This document shows positions 14,087-27,000 of a DNA stretch of 64,000 nucleotides, piece by piece. The stretch lies in assembly GCF_009914755.1 (NCBI RefSeq), contig NC_060926.1; one strand, written 5' to 3'. How positions within the stretch are numbered: the stretch's first letter is position 1; each line of letters opens with the position of its first letter. The stretch comes from the human T2T-CHM13v2.0 reference genome, Homo sapiens. Below the pieces are notes generated by a model. That model made no database searches. It saw nothing but the letters and a program-made list of their open reading frames with translations, and was not told where the DNA came from. Both the position numbers and the translations under genes were made by a program.

Positions 14087-14341
14087 CAGGCTTGGCCAAC
14101 CAATGGTCCGCTGGCCGTATGCAGCCAGGGATAGCTTTGAATGTGGCCCAACACAACTTTGTAAACGTTCTTAAAATATTATGAGATTTTTTGCAAAGAA
14201 ACTCAGTTTCTTCAATTAAAAAAAATGCAATTTTATTTTGTTTGTTTAGCTCATCAGCTATTGTTAGTGCATTTTATGTATGGCCCAAGACAATTCTTCT
14301 TCCAATGTAGCCCAGGGAAACCAAAAGATGGGACACTCCTG
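14087..14341 (+). mobile_element. MER30 (hAT-Charlie MITE)
   Basis: gctttgaatgtggcccaacaca…gctcatcagctattgttagtg…ggcccaagacaattcttcttccaatg; CAGG…CCTG ends; degenerate 8-bp TSD ccatgaat/ctataaat. Confidence 0.85.
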
Positions 14342-15019
14342 CTATAAATCAGTAACGGGTCCTCAGGAACTATTGAACCCCCATTTACATGCAAAATGTT
14401 TGTACTTGTTAAAATAAATCCACATAAGGACCTTTCTAGGGAACACTTTCTTGCTGAGGATAAGTCCTTACATGTAGTTGAAAACAGTGAGATATGTCAT
14501 AAGTTGATGTCAGGGTCGACCCACAGCTTAGACTTGACCGGCGCCCTGATGTCAGCGGGTATGGGTATGGAGTCCCTGGGGGGGGCGTGCGGAAGAAAGA
14601 GCAGAACAGGGAGGAAACAGACACCAGAACGCTCACCTTTTACGGTGCTAGTGTGAGTCATGGGAGCACCTTTCCTTCTCGGTATGGTTTCGACACCTGT
14701 TAGATGCAGCCTCTCTGGTGAAGCCATGTCGCCGAGGAAGCATGAAGATGGTCTTGGGTATCGGTTGACTGTGTGCAGTCACGCCAGCCACTCACTGTTT
14801 CCTTAGACATTCACCATCGGACGAAGGGTCACTGAGTGACCACCGTGTGCTGGGCTCTGAAGAACAAGAAGCCTGAATCTGGGGCTGCTCTTAGGGAGCT
14901 CCCAGCCTAATGGGGCACAGGCAAGCAAAGTGATATAAGCGAGGGCAATAGAAATGACTGATTCCGCCTGCAGGAGATGGGCTGGGGGAGGGAGAGGAGC
15001 CGGTTGGCTGGACAAACGG

Positions 15020-15175
15020 TAAGCTGTGTGGCTTTGGGAAAATTACTCAACCTTTCTGAAACTCAGTTTCTTCAATTAAAAAAAAAATGGGATGTAATAC
15101 CCACAGCATTTGGAGAACTAAATGAATTGACTCTGGGAAGCACCTGGCACAGCCCTTGGCACATGGTAGGTGTGT
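15020..15175 (+). mobile_element. MIR
   Basis: Core gctgtgtggctttgggaaaattactcaacctttctgaaactcagtttc…aaaatggg…gcacatggtaggtg. Confidence 0.75.
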
Positions 15176-15591
15176 CTTTCTTTGATTGTTATTCTAGGCA
15201 GAGGAAGCTGCCTGGTGGCCATCTGTCTGCCTTGGTGCACAGGGTGAAGTCCCTGCAAGTGAGCCCAATGGCCTCTGATAGCCATCCACGTGTCAGGTGT
15301 GACTCAGGTTCTGGAAGGCCTGTGTCCATTGTTCATAGTCACCTGCAATCCAAGAACCCACTCTTTCCCAGGTGAAGCCTCAAGAGTCTGCCCAAGTACA
15401 GAAACATAGCTTTGCATCCCAGGGTACTCTTAGACTTAAACAACCTCAGTCAGGTGGTGCAATGCCCAGTGTCTATGGGGCATCTCCCTTCTGGGGTGAG
15501 CTGTGTATTAAGGCTGCCCAGAACACTGGTTTGTGTGACCTTCACAGCCTGTCTCATCCTGACCTCTGGTCCATTGCACTATTTCTCATTT

Positions 15592-15660
15592 TCTCTCTCT
15601 CTCTCAGCTCTCTCTCTCTCTCTCTCGCTCTCATTCTCTCTCTCTCGCTCTCTCTCCCTC
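15592..15660. repeat. (TC)n interrupted microsatellite
   Basis: Visible TC run. Confidence 0.9.
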
Positions 15661-16699
15661 TCCCACTCTCCACCCCTATGGGCTTTAGTGCCAGCCCCAG
15701 CGCAGGCCTCCCTGCCTCTCTGGAGGCAGTATCACAGATAAGGAAGGGTGAGGGCCTTGGGGCTGGACAGGCCTGGATTCAGTCTCCACTTGGCCACTTC
15801 CACAGTGTGTGGATAGGCTGTATGAAGCCGCTCTGAGCCTCAGCATCTTCATTTCCAAGCTGATGCTAATTAAACGTCCCCCTGGGCAGAGAGAGAGGCT
15901 GAAGGAAGGTATAAGTATACATGCCCAGCACAGCACGGAGCACACGATTCGTCCTCGCTCTGTGGCAGCTGTTGTTACCCACATCCCTCCACCTCCCCAG
16001 AGCCACTCCATATGCCTAGGCTCCCAGACAGCTCCTCTGCAACCAAGACTTGGGTCCTTTGTCACTGTCCTGGGCGGGATACCTCAGTGGAGCCCTCAGT
16101 TCTCAGCTCTTCTCCTGAATCGCAGAGTCTAATCTCTGTGCAGCCTCTCCCTTCCTTGGCCCTGCTCCCCCTCACTCTGTGTTCTGGTGTCCTCACTGGC
16201 TATAAGGCCAAGGTTATTCTTGTCTCCTTGAAGCCTTTGCTTCTTGACACATGCTCCCTTTTCCTCCTGGTCAACTCTTACCTGAGCTCTTCCCAGATGT
16301 CTTTCCTGACCCCTCCCCACCTTTCTCTAGGAGGTTTTTCCCCTCCTGGGTACCTGGCCCTTTGTTTGTGCCTGCATGCAGCACGCATCATGTTGGATTA
16401 CAGATACTAGTTTCTGCATCTGTTTTTCCTGCTTGGCTATGAGTAACTCAAGTGATCCTGTCTTAGTTATCTTCGTAATTACCCCACTGATGAACTCAGT
16501 GCCTAGCACAGGTCATGACACCTGATAGATGCTCAATGAATGTGTGACTGGACTTGCCTAATCCAGTCCCTGCTGGTGTCTCTGCTCTGAACCGTGACAA
16601 ACACTCATGCTTGTCACAGCGCCGGCCCAGGTGGCACACACAGTAGACTCTCAATACAAATGAGTTAATGCATCATACTGTTGCTATTTAGTTCTATGT

Positions 16700-16930
16700 T
16701 TCAGTAGTAGTAGTAATAAAAATATGACATTACTGAGTGCATACTATGTACTAGTTTCTATACTAAGTACTTTACCCTCATTCTCACTTAATCCTCGCGA
16801 CAACAGTACATCATCATCTCCATTCATGAAAAATGTGAAGCAAAGAAAAGTTAAATGACTAGGTCGAGGTCACACAGATAGTGCCTAGTGGGCCTAGGAT
16901 TTGAGCTTAACCAGTCCGATTCTAAAGCCT
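16700..16930 (-). mobile_element. MIR
   Basis: tactgagtgcatactatgt…ctcacttaatcctc…ggtcacacag…ggatttgag. Confidence 0.7.
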
Positions 16931-17189
16931 GTGTGTTTAGATTACAGAAAGCTGCTGGTATTATCCGTGGGTGTAGCCGGGGCTGCCATGTCCTTTCCTA
17001 CTGGCTGAGTGTCTGTTTGGTTTGGTCCGTGCTTGTGCTAAAACTCTTCCTGAACTATTCTGTCTAATCCCTCCTGCGTATGTCAACTTTCTGACGTCAT
17101 TGTGCTCATCTCTGCTGAGTTCTGCCTTCTGGTCTTGTGGCTGTCGGATGCCAAGTGTCTTAAGAGTACTAGAGATTTGTTTTAATTGG

Positions 17190-17689
17190 GTATGGGAAGA
17201 CAGACAGGAAAATGACTTTCACGAAGGAGGAAGTTTGTGGTGCTCACGGGTCCCTAAAGACAGGAGGCACGCCACGTCACACAAGGCCACATGGGGAAGC
17301 ACTGGGTTGGTCACGAGGCAGAGAGAGCAAAGGGAAAATGTGGACAAGAGTCTTTATTGTGGTTTCTGTGGAAAGGAACAGGTGAGGCAGGGTAAACGGG
17401 CTTAGGGCTGGCTAGTGTGAATAATTTCAGTGGGTTCCGGAGTACACAGGCTGTCCCTAGTTGTCTGATCCCAGGCCCTGGGGTGAACAGCACAGTGGAT
17501 AGTGGCCCAGAGGGTGACGTCCTGACAAAAGAGGTGATTGGGGTCTGGGCTCTGGACTGGTTGGTTTGCATGTGAAAGGTGCACTCACAGACAAGGCCTG
17601 GCCCTGGGAAGGTCTGCAGGCCAGCCACACCCTGGATAGCAAAGCATCAAAATACGGGAGGTAAAAAGACACAGGTAATATGTGAGACA
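17190..17689 (-). mobile_element. ERVL-class solo LTR (MER76-like)
   Basis: Minus-strand start TGTCTCACATATT…, minus-strand AATAAA (tttatt near 17353); family from recall. Confidence 0.55.
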
Positions 17690-18909
17690 ACGCGGATGCT
17701 TGAGAAAGGGAAACCTTGACTGACTTGTCATGGCCTAGCTAAGAAGGAAATCTTCATGCATGCCCAGGAGGCTTTTTGCAATAAGGACTGCACAAAGAAT
17801 ATGCACTATGCTAACAGTAATGTTAGCAGGGCAGGCTGGGTCAACCTCCCCTTGCTCTGACCTCAGGTCACTCTCAGTCTCTATCTCTCTGTCTCTGCTT
17901 CTCTGTCTCTCTCTGTCTCTCTGCCTCTCCCTGTCTCTCTGTCTCTCCTCGCTATGGCACAAGCTACTCTTGTTTGCCAATCATTTTTATTGCCCTTCTT
18001 CTCTCCTAACTCTCACGTGGATCCTTTTCTGAGTCTCGCCATAGACTTGAATATCTCGCAACTACCTTATCTTCCCCAGGGAGACAGATGGAGATGGAAG
18101 TGTGGATGACCGCCTCCCAGGCTTGGATATTTCTGCAGCAAGATTTCTCCAAAATGAGTTACCTGACATGCAAATACCACTATTTGCTCAGTAAGAAAGG
18201 GGTTTCAAGATTAGAGGTTTTGGCAAATGCTTCATTCTACATTCCCTGTTAGAGACTGACAATGTAGTGATGTAATAAAGGCATTGAAAAACTACTAGGG
18301 AAAAGTCATCTTTATCTCTGTTTTATCTAGTGTTTCCAAATGTATCTGACCCACCATGGAACTGGTTTTTGCATAACACTTACTTCTAACCCATGAGAAA
18401 TCCTCTGGGAGCTGCTGCCTGCTGGGGGGATTGGAGTAGGGATAGCGTGGATCTGAGTTGCCCACTGCCTGGCTCATAGTGACCAATCCTAGGCTTAGAG
18501 GGCAGAGGTTCAGGGTGCCCAAGGAGCCTGACGCAACTGCCCTGAGAGCCCTGGGGTCCAATCTTAACCTGTTCCTCAGTCATACTTTCTCCTTGTATAG
18601 ACACATATACATGTGCATACATCTCTGGTCTGCACTGGCTCTTTTCATAAATAGGCAAGGAGGTGATAAAGCAATAGGATTAGATTTTATACAGAAGGAC
18701 TTGCCTCATTATTTTGCCATAAACATACACACAAACGGGCACATATCAAACTCACGGAAGTACAAACTGTATAACAGGCAAACTCATAGACACCTGCAAA
18801 AATAGACACAACTAGTCTGTCCTCATCATGATACAAATACATAGATGCAGTTACACACAGAAACACACAAACTAGACCTGCCTCCCTTCCTCCTCCCCCC
18901 ACATACATG

Positions 18910-19432
18910 TTCTATTCTAGTTATCCCTCCAAAACAAACTGACTCAAGATTTAGTGGCTTAAAACAATAATTATTTTATTATAGCTCATGATTTAATGGG
19001 TCAGGAATCTGGGCTCAGCTGGGTGATTTTTCTGTTCCTCATGGCATTGACTGAGATGACTCTGCGGTATGTGACTGGTGGATGGGCTGGCCTGGAAGGG
19101 TCAGGATGGCTTCCCTGACCTGACTGCTGCCTTGGTGGGGGTGGCTGGAAGGCTCACCTGGGACCATTGACAGGATTCAGCACACAAAGCCTCTCAGGCT
19201 TGGCATCTCATGGTAGTCAGACCTCTTACCTGGTAGCTGGCATCCCCCAGAATGGGGAGGGTGCTTTAGGCTTCTTATGACCTAGCCTCAGAAGATGAAG
19301 AATGTCACTTGTCCTGCATGTTATTGGTCAAGCAAGTCACTTAGGTTAGCTCAGATTTAAGGGGAGGGTTATGAGACTTTATCTCTCAACGGAAGGAGTA
19401 GCAAAGAATTTGAAGCCATCTTTAATCTAATA
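18910..19432 (-). mobile_element. MLT1 (MaLR) LTR
   Basis: ttagtggcttaaaacaa…ctcatgat…ggtcaggaatctggg…tattggtcaagcaagtcac…gccatctttaatc. Confidence 0.8.
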
Positions 19433-20451
19433 TATGCACACACATGCATCTCATGTGAAGCTTAAGCCTTCCATATTGAACTCACTTTTGTGGTTGCATC
19501 TGGGCCTGAAATAGTGGCAACTGTGAGGCCCCACCCGGGGGAGGCAGAGCGGGGTAGCACATCACCACCCTGGATTGTGATGTGTCCAGTGGGATATGAG
19601 GCTTGGGTAGCAGCCCGCACTGGAGGTCACTTCTAATGGGCAGAGATTTCTATTCTGGGACTTAAATTCAAGTCCCTTCCACATACTAAATCTAGTTATA
19701 TCTAGGGTCTCTTCTATGTGGAGTGTCCATGAAGTCTGGAATCAAAGATTGTGCTAGATACTCACTAGAATCACAGAATGTTCTAGCAGGAAGCACCATG
19801 CATCCAGCCCCTCATTGTACACTCAGGGACAATGAGGCCAAGACAAGGGGGTAAACGTCTCACAGTCACACAGCTGGGATCCCCAGCCCTGGGTCCTCTA
19901 TCTCCCCGGGATCCCCTGCAGGGCTCTGCTCCATGGAGTTTCCTCTGCCGGGGATCCTGCTATCTGAATACCTCCAGAGGCCACACACACTTATGTGTCA
20001 GATGTCTGGGTGAACACTGGACACTGGGGACTAGCTAGTCATCACTGGTCAATGGCGAGGCCTGGAGGAGCTCACCTCTCAAAGTGGCCAGGAGGACATA
20101 ACCAGGAACAGAGGAGAACTTCCACATGTTACTTGTGGGAACTTCCACTGGTTACCGGCCACAGGATTGATCAGACAAAAGCCCAAGGCATGAAGCCCCT
20201 TGAGGGCTACAGAGATCAATACCACCTTCATCTTTTTCACTGGGAAAATTTGATGAATAAAGCCATCTCCAGCCCCCTCCCATAAATAGTAGCCTGAAAT
20301 GCAGATGGTGTGGTGTTGTGGCTTTGAAGTCAGTCAAACTTGGGTCAAATCCCAGCTCACCCATCCCCCAACACTTTAGCTGGGTTGCCTCGGCCAAGTC
20401 CTTTGACCTTCTGAGCTCAACTGTATATTGAAAAAAAAATCACCTTTATTT

Positions 20452-20980
20452 TTCCATTCAACAAGTGCTTATTGACTACCGTGTGCCAGCCACTGCTGTG
20501 AACACAATGATGAGACCAACAGGCACTGTTCCTTTTGAAGGATGCTGTCATCAGCTGAGTACGCAAACAAATGTAAATTTGCAAACTGCGCTAAGTGCCA
20601 TGAAGGAGCTACAACAGTGCCCTGTGAGAAGGTGCAGTCAGGATGTGAGCAGGTTGAGGAGGCCAGGGACAGCCCCTATGAGGAAGGGACACTTGGCTGT
20701 GGCCTGGGGGGTGAAGAGAGGCTATCCAGTGGAAGCGTGTCTCGGACAGGGAGAGTAGCATGTGCAAAGGCTGTGGGGCTGGATGTAGTAAGCTGAATAG
20801 GAGGGGTTGAAATGCTAGTGTGACTGGGCCAGAGAGATCAAAGGGAGCAAGTGGGAAATGAGACTGCAAGTGTGGGTGAAAACTGTTCACCAAGTTCAGG
20901 AGGGTTTAGAAAATTGCATGCTTTTTTTATATTTACTTCTAAAAGCAGTGGGAAGTTATATAATGGCTTTAATCATAGAG
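20452..20980 (-). mobile_element. L2 fragment
   Basis: cattcaacaagtgcttattgactaccgtgtgccag. Confidence 0.7.
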
Positions 20981-20985
20981 GTGAC

Positions 20986-21355
20986 TGATAGGGTTTGGCT
21001 GTGTTCCTATCCAAATTTCATCTTGAATTGTAACTCCCACAATTCCCATGTGTTGTGGGAGGAACCCAGTGGGAGGTAATTGAATTATGGGGGCAGGTCT
21101 TTCCTGCACTGTTCTTGTGATAGCGAATGAATCTCGCAAGATCTGATGGTTTTAAAAATGAGAGTTTCCCTGCACAAGCTCTCTCTTTTCCTGTCGCCAT
21201 CCACTTAAGATGTGACTTGCTCCTCTTTGCCTTCCAACATGATTGTGAGGCCTCCCCAGCCATGTGGAACTGTTAAATTCATTAAACCCTTTTCTTTTGT
21301 AAATTGCCCAGTCTTGGGTATGTCTTTATCAGCAGTGTGAAAATGGACTAATATG
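20986..21355 (+). mobile_element. THE1 solo LTR with 5-bp TSD GTGAC
   Basis: tgatagggtttggctgtgt…gattgtgaggcctccccagccatgtggaactg…ggactaata; GTGAC at 20981-20985 and 21356-21360. Confidence 0.93.
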
Positions 21356-22229
21356 GTGACATAACCAGATTGTGTTACAAAAAGAAGACTTCGGCTGCAG
21401 CAAGGCGAGTGAACTGCAGGGTGGTACAGGGAGGTGTGGGCAAGCCCATTAGGAGGCAGGCAGAATAGTGGTCCCCCAAAGATGCCCCATCCTCATCCTT
21501 GGAACCTGTGAATAAATTACATTGGGTGCTAAAGGAAAGAATGAGGGTTGCAGTTGGAATTAAGGTTACTCATCACTGGCCTTAAAATAGGGAGATTATC
21601 CTGGATTACCTGGGTGGGCCCAATGTCATTAGATGAACTTAGAGAGTGGTCAGAGGTGCACACATTAGAAGCATTCAAACTGCCCTTGCTATCTGGGAAG
21701 ATGGAGGAAGTATTATTAAGCTCATTTTATAACTGAAGAAATGGAACTTCTAAGACATAAGGTGCTCAAGACCTACTCAAGACCAAGCATTATTAAATAT
21801 TATAACAAGGGCTTAGATCCAATTCCCTTGAGTATGAATTCTCTTTCCATTGCCATGATAATCTGGGGAACTCCCACCAGGTTAGAGCTGTGTGACCTTG
21901 AGCAAGCACTTACCCTCTTGGAGCGTGGGGTGAGGAGGTGGTCTATATCTGGGGGCTCATTAACTAAAAGATGTTTCTAGGTAATCTGACAGGTTTTTGA
22001 GACCCCTAAAATGATGTGCAGGTTTCTGGGTGAATGTGCATTTTGTGGAGAGAGGATTCATAGCTTTTATCAAAATATCAAAAGGGCCAAAAAGAGCTCT
22101 TCCTCCCAGTTCTAAAACTTTATGACTGTCATTAAAAAGTGGAAATAGCTTTGGTGAAAGAGCATGGGTACTGACTAAACGTTACCTTTGTAGCAATTAG
22201 CCATACAGCACCTCTTAGAGCCTGTTACA

Positions 22230-22900
22230 CGTGAGGCATTATCACAGGTGCTGGGAGTATGGCAGGAGAGAAAGGAAGGTCCTATATTTTAGTAGGAAAA
22301 ACAGAAAACAAAGAATAATGATCTAACGTCAGATACTGATAAAGTGCTAAGAAGAAAAAGACAGCAGGGTAAGGAGACGGGGGATGATCAGATGGACCAA
22401 GGAAGTTCCTTCCAGGAAGGGTCACTGGAACAGAGACCAGCATGAAGTGAGAGAAGGAGGCTTAGGGAGAATCTGCCAGGCAGAGGAACAGCTCATGCAC
22501 AGTCTCTGAGGTGGAAGAAGCCACCATGGATGATGAAGAGGTGGCAGGAGGTGAGTCCGGAACCGTGGCCAGACCCCCTGAGGCCACTGTAGGGCCCTGG
22601 AATTTACTGAGCAGACCGGGGAGCACGGGAAGTTTTGAGCTGAGGAGTGGTGTGATCTAACATTCCAGAAGGTTCCTGTGGCTGCTGTGAGGAGCAGAGC
22701 TGATGAGGAGCAGAAACAGACTGGCTGTGGAGCCATTGCTGGAGCTGCGGGAGAGAGCAGCGTGGCTGGGACTGGGTGGTGGTGCACACACGGGGAGAAG
22801 TGCTCGGGGTCCCCCACTGGAGGTGGAGCTGCAGGATTTGCTTGTGACTGGATGTGGCTTGGGAGGGGAGAAAGGGAGTGGCTGGGGCCTGTCCCAACCA
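22230..22900 (-). mobile_element. L2 fragment
   Basis: Purine-rich antisense L2 motifs (gcagaggaacagc…tgcacagtctctgagg; gttttgagc…gtgtgatctaac). Confidence 0.6.
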
Positions 22901-23955
22901 AGCGCTGCTGCTTCTGTGAGCACCACAGGTGCTCACCTGCCTGCTGGGATGGACCTTACCATTGAGCCAGGCATGATTACTTCCTTCAAATGACTCTTCT
23001 GATGTGTTTCAATGATGAGTGAGTGGTCTCCGCTAATTATGACTGGGTAGGCCCCTTAGAGAAGCCTGGCTGGACTTCAGGAGTTTCATGTGAGAAAATC
23101 CTGGGGAAGTGAACTGAACTGGGCTTCACTGAGAAAGATCCTGAGTGATGATCACAGTTTCACATCAGATCCGCATCCGAGACCAGCTGTGTCAGGCAGT
23201 GGGGCAGCAACCTTCACCTAGACCCTTGGAGGTCATCTCTCCTAACTAACAGGACAGAGAAGGAAACTAGGCCCTAAGAGGAGCAGTGATCTGCCTTCAG
23301 CCACCCAGGGAATGGGCATTACCCTTCACTGTTGGCCCCCCGACAGCTGGAATCCAGCAGCTTGACTCTCATCAATTTCACTTTTTGCCTACTGCACTGT
23401 GGCCTTCTCTTTGGAATGCTGAGTCAGCACAGAGGAGGGTGATTATTTGCCAAGGGGGGGACTCTGAGAAGGCCCCATGGAGAGCTGGTTTTTGAGTCAT
23501 GGAAATGACTCCAAGGACAGATTTGGGTGGAGGGTCAACCTTCGACTGGGAGGAAGCAGGGGAGCCTAGTCACTGAGATGGGAACCCTGTACATGTCCCG
23601 GGAGTGGAGAGTGAGGCATGGGAGAGGAGCTGAGGCAAGGGGGCAGGCAGGAGTGGATCATGCAGGGCCATGCATGCCAGACCTGGGCCTTAACTCCTGG
23701 GCAATGGGGAGCTATGAAAGGTTTTCAGTGGGGAATGATGTGGTGTGATGTGCTCAATGGAGCAGGAGGCACAGGAGATGGAGACCAGCTGTGTTGCACT
23801 TGGCCAGTTACGTACCCTTGCTTTGGTATAATCCAGGCATTTGATACGTAAGAAAGCTGACCCAAAGAGGGGGAAAAACTTGCCAAAGTCACCCAGCAAG
23901 CCAGGGTTAGAGTTAGAACCCAGTTTATCCACCTCTCAATGGGAGGAAGGGAAGG

Positions 23956-24000
23956 TGATGATGATGATGTTGGTGATGATGATGACAATGATGATGATAA
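23956..24000. repeat. (GAT)n degenerate trinucleotide repeat followed by MIR
   Basis: Visible gatgatgatgat…gatgatgatgac. Confidence 0.8.
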
Positions 24001-27000
24001 CGAATATATATTGAGCACTTGACATTAAGTATCTTCTTTAATCCTCACAAGGGCCCTATGACAAAGCTACTACTATTATTATTGTTATTATTGTTCCCCT
24101 TTTATAGAGGGGAAATGGAGGCTCAGGAATATTAAATGGATTGCTCAAGACCACACAGATGGTAAGTGGTGAAGCCAGCATTCTACCCTAGATCATTCTA
24201 CACAGTTTGACTCCAAAACCCATGCTGGGGACCACAAGTGGTTATCTCATCAGATTTGCCAGAACTGTCCCAGGAGGAGTCCTCTTACATAAAACATCAT
24301 CCCTTTCACCCCATCTCCCCCCTACTCAGAGCAAACCTTCCTTTATCCTCTTCCTTTATCTCAACAGAGGGTACCAGGCTACCAAAGAAAGGGGGTATCA
24401 TTGTTGGAATCATGGTGTAGGAGGGTGTATGCATGTAGATGCAGAATTTTGGAGATGAAAACCCTTAGAAACCACTGAGTGTAACTCGAGCCTCCGTTAG
24501 ATGGAAAAACTGAGACCCAGAGAAGGGCGGTACCTTGTCGATGCCTTGCAACAAGTTAGCGACACCAGCGCTAAAGCCTGGATTGCCTGATCCCCAGGCC
24601 AGGGTTCTCCTCTCACATTTTGGACAGTTCCCACACATTCCTGGAATCCTCCATTGGACTGTGAATGGGTTTTCCCATGAAAGCAGACTGTATAAACCAA
24701 CCATAATGCTTTTAGGTCCCGAGTTATATGCTGCCATTGTTTCTTCAGTAATGCTATAGTTTTCTCTGCCTCTCTTGTCCTGGAAAAGCTGACTTTGGTA
24801 GTACCGTTTCTATATGAAAATGTTACCCTGCTTTTACAAAAATCTACAAATGAACGTTGGACAACCCATTTGTAAACTGGGAGCAGCCCACGACTTTGAG
24901 CCTGATAATCTGGAAACATTACTCTCTGAATTCTCTCTTTTCCTTCTGTGTTTGTGAGATTTCTGCTGTTTAAATGTTGCACCATCAATGAAACAGCAGC
25001 AAGAGCTTTGGAGTCCCACAGACCTGAATGTGAATTTGGACGTAGGCTCCAGATATGTGACTTCCAGCAAATCATGGCAAGAACGGTAGCAGTGAGCCCA
25101 GCTACAGGAAGATTACAAGGAACTGTGACCTGGGTCTTAATCTTAATGAGGCTGTGATGGGAATTCAATTTCAGCTTCATTGAGTATCTGCCGTGAGCTG
25201 GTCACTTTCAAGTACATTTTCCATCTGACTCTCATAGCAGAACTTACATAGCAGAGTGAGATTATCTTTCTCCTACCCTTATAAGGGTAGTAATCCAATT
25301 TCTGAAGGCTCCATCTTCATCACCTAATCAGCCCCCACCTTCTGCAAGACCACACCTCCAAATACCATCACCTTAGGGATTACAACTTCAATATATGCAT
25401 TTATGGTGGCAGGGGTGTGGGTGGGGACACAAATATTTAATCCATAGCGTCACATAAGTCTATGTTAAATGAGAAAGAAAAGGAAGAAAGAAATCAAGAC
25501 AAACAATAGAGTTGAGAAGGAGGTTAACACAAGCATGTGTTTCATGGAGTCTGACTCACACCGAGAACAGGAATGTGGCTCTGGCAGCCAATGCACTGAA
25601 CAAGGACCTGAACAGTCATACAGCTCAAGGTTCAAGCAAGGTAGAAGCAAACCAGCTGCTCTGAAGATGCTCACCTACTTCTGACCTTGAATCTTCCACT
25701 TCATGACCTTCATCCAGGAGTAGCCACTGACATCTGTATGGTACGTTACTGTTTTCACAGTATTCTATCTTTTGATTCTCACATCAGTTCTATGAGGTAA
25801 GTATTTTATTGTTAGCCTTTCTTTAGAAATGAGAATATTGAGGCTTAGAAAGGTAATTTCTTGCCAAAGGCCACACAGCTCCTAGTAGAAGAACTGGAAT
25901 TCAAAGCCAGGTTCATTTTTGGCTTCCACCGTGACTGCCAACTGCTTGATGCCAGAATCCAAATGGCTGAGCTTCACACTTTATGTTGGAATTTTGAATT
26001 ACAACAAATAGTTGTGGGCAGAATGAGCCTATTTTCTACTTAGCTGTGAAAGAAATTATTGTTGAAATATACTGGGTCACCATTTTTGGTGTTCTTGTGT
26101 TTATATTTAATCTCTGAATTCAAACCAGACTCTTGGGGGTCAGAGATATTGCTCCTCTGGCAGTCCAAGAATATATCTTGTATTTGATTTAAAACTTCAT
26201 TTTGAATCAGGGCCAAATCCAAACACTGTGAATTTAAACTGCTGGCAGCCTTCCTAGCCTACCTCGTGAGTGCAAAATCAATCCAACTATTGTACACAGA
26301 GAATTCTGGTGCCCGTGTGACTGTGTTGGTGGCCCCTGAAGAATTTGGGTTGGATGGTCCAGAATATCTGTACCCAAGTTGCATGACTTTTTGCAGCATG
26401 CTGAAATATTCCACAGGAGCTGAAATAGAAGCAGCAACTGGATTCCAAGAAGTGTTTCAAATGCATTGCTCAGTTGAAATGAGGACTTCATTAGCTGCCA
26501 TATTAAGCAACGTATAGATGAAGAAATCAATGGCCTTACCCCTGCTACCCCAGCAAGGATCCAGATTGGATACAATCCTATAACACACATCTGCCTTCTT
26601 TCCCTGGTTCTGTCTTAAAGGAAAATCTATCCTTTTTATTTTGGGTGTGGTTCCAAGAGACTAGAATATTCCTCCCTAAATTCATCCCTCTTGCTTTCCT
26701 AATTTAGTGAATGATATAATCATCTACCTAGTCACCCAGACCAGAAACTTCAGGCATCCTTGAAAATTCCCTGTACTTCAACCCCCCAATCCAAGTTGCA
26801 TATCATTTCCTGGTGATTCCATCATGTGGTTGTGTTCAGAGCTCATCTTCCTCTTTGTCCCACTGTCATCACCTTGGTCCATATCCCAGCGATCCTTTGC
26901 TAGAATAACCTTCAAATTCACTTCTCTGCCTCGAATCCATCCTCCATGCGGAGGTCAGTGTGGTCCTTGTAAGACACAGATTTGATCATCCCTCTCCTCC

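Noticed and set aside
19770-19785. GRE-like ACAgaaTGTTCT
   Set aside because: Left half-site lacks the conserved G and it lies at a MIR-like edge; too weak without ChIP data.
26266-26517. 83-aa ORF with protein-like composition
   Set aside because: Non-ATG start, no family recognised, no convincing splice sites; BLASTX would settle it.
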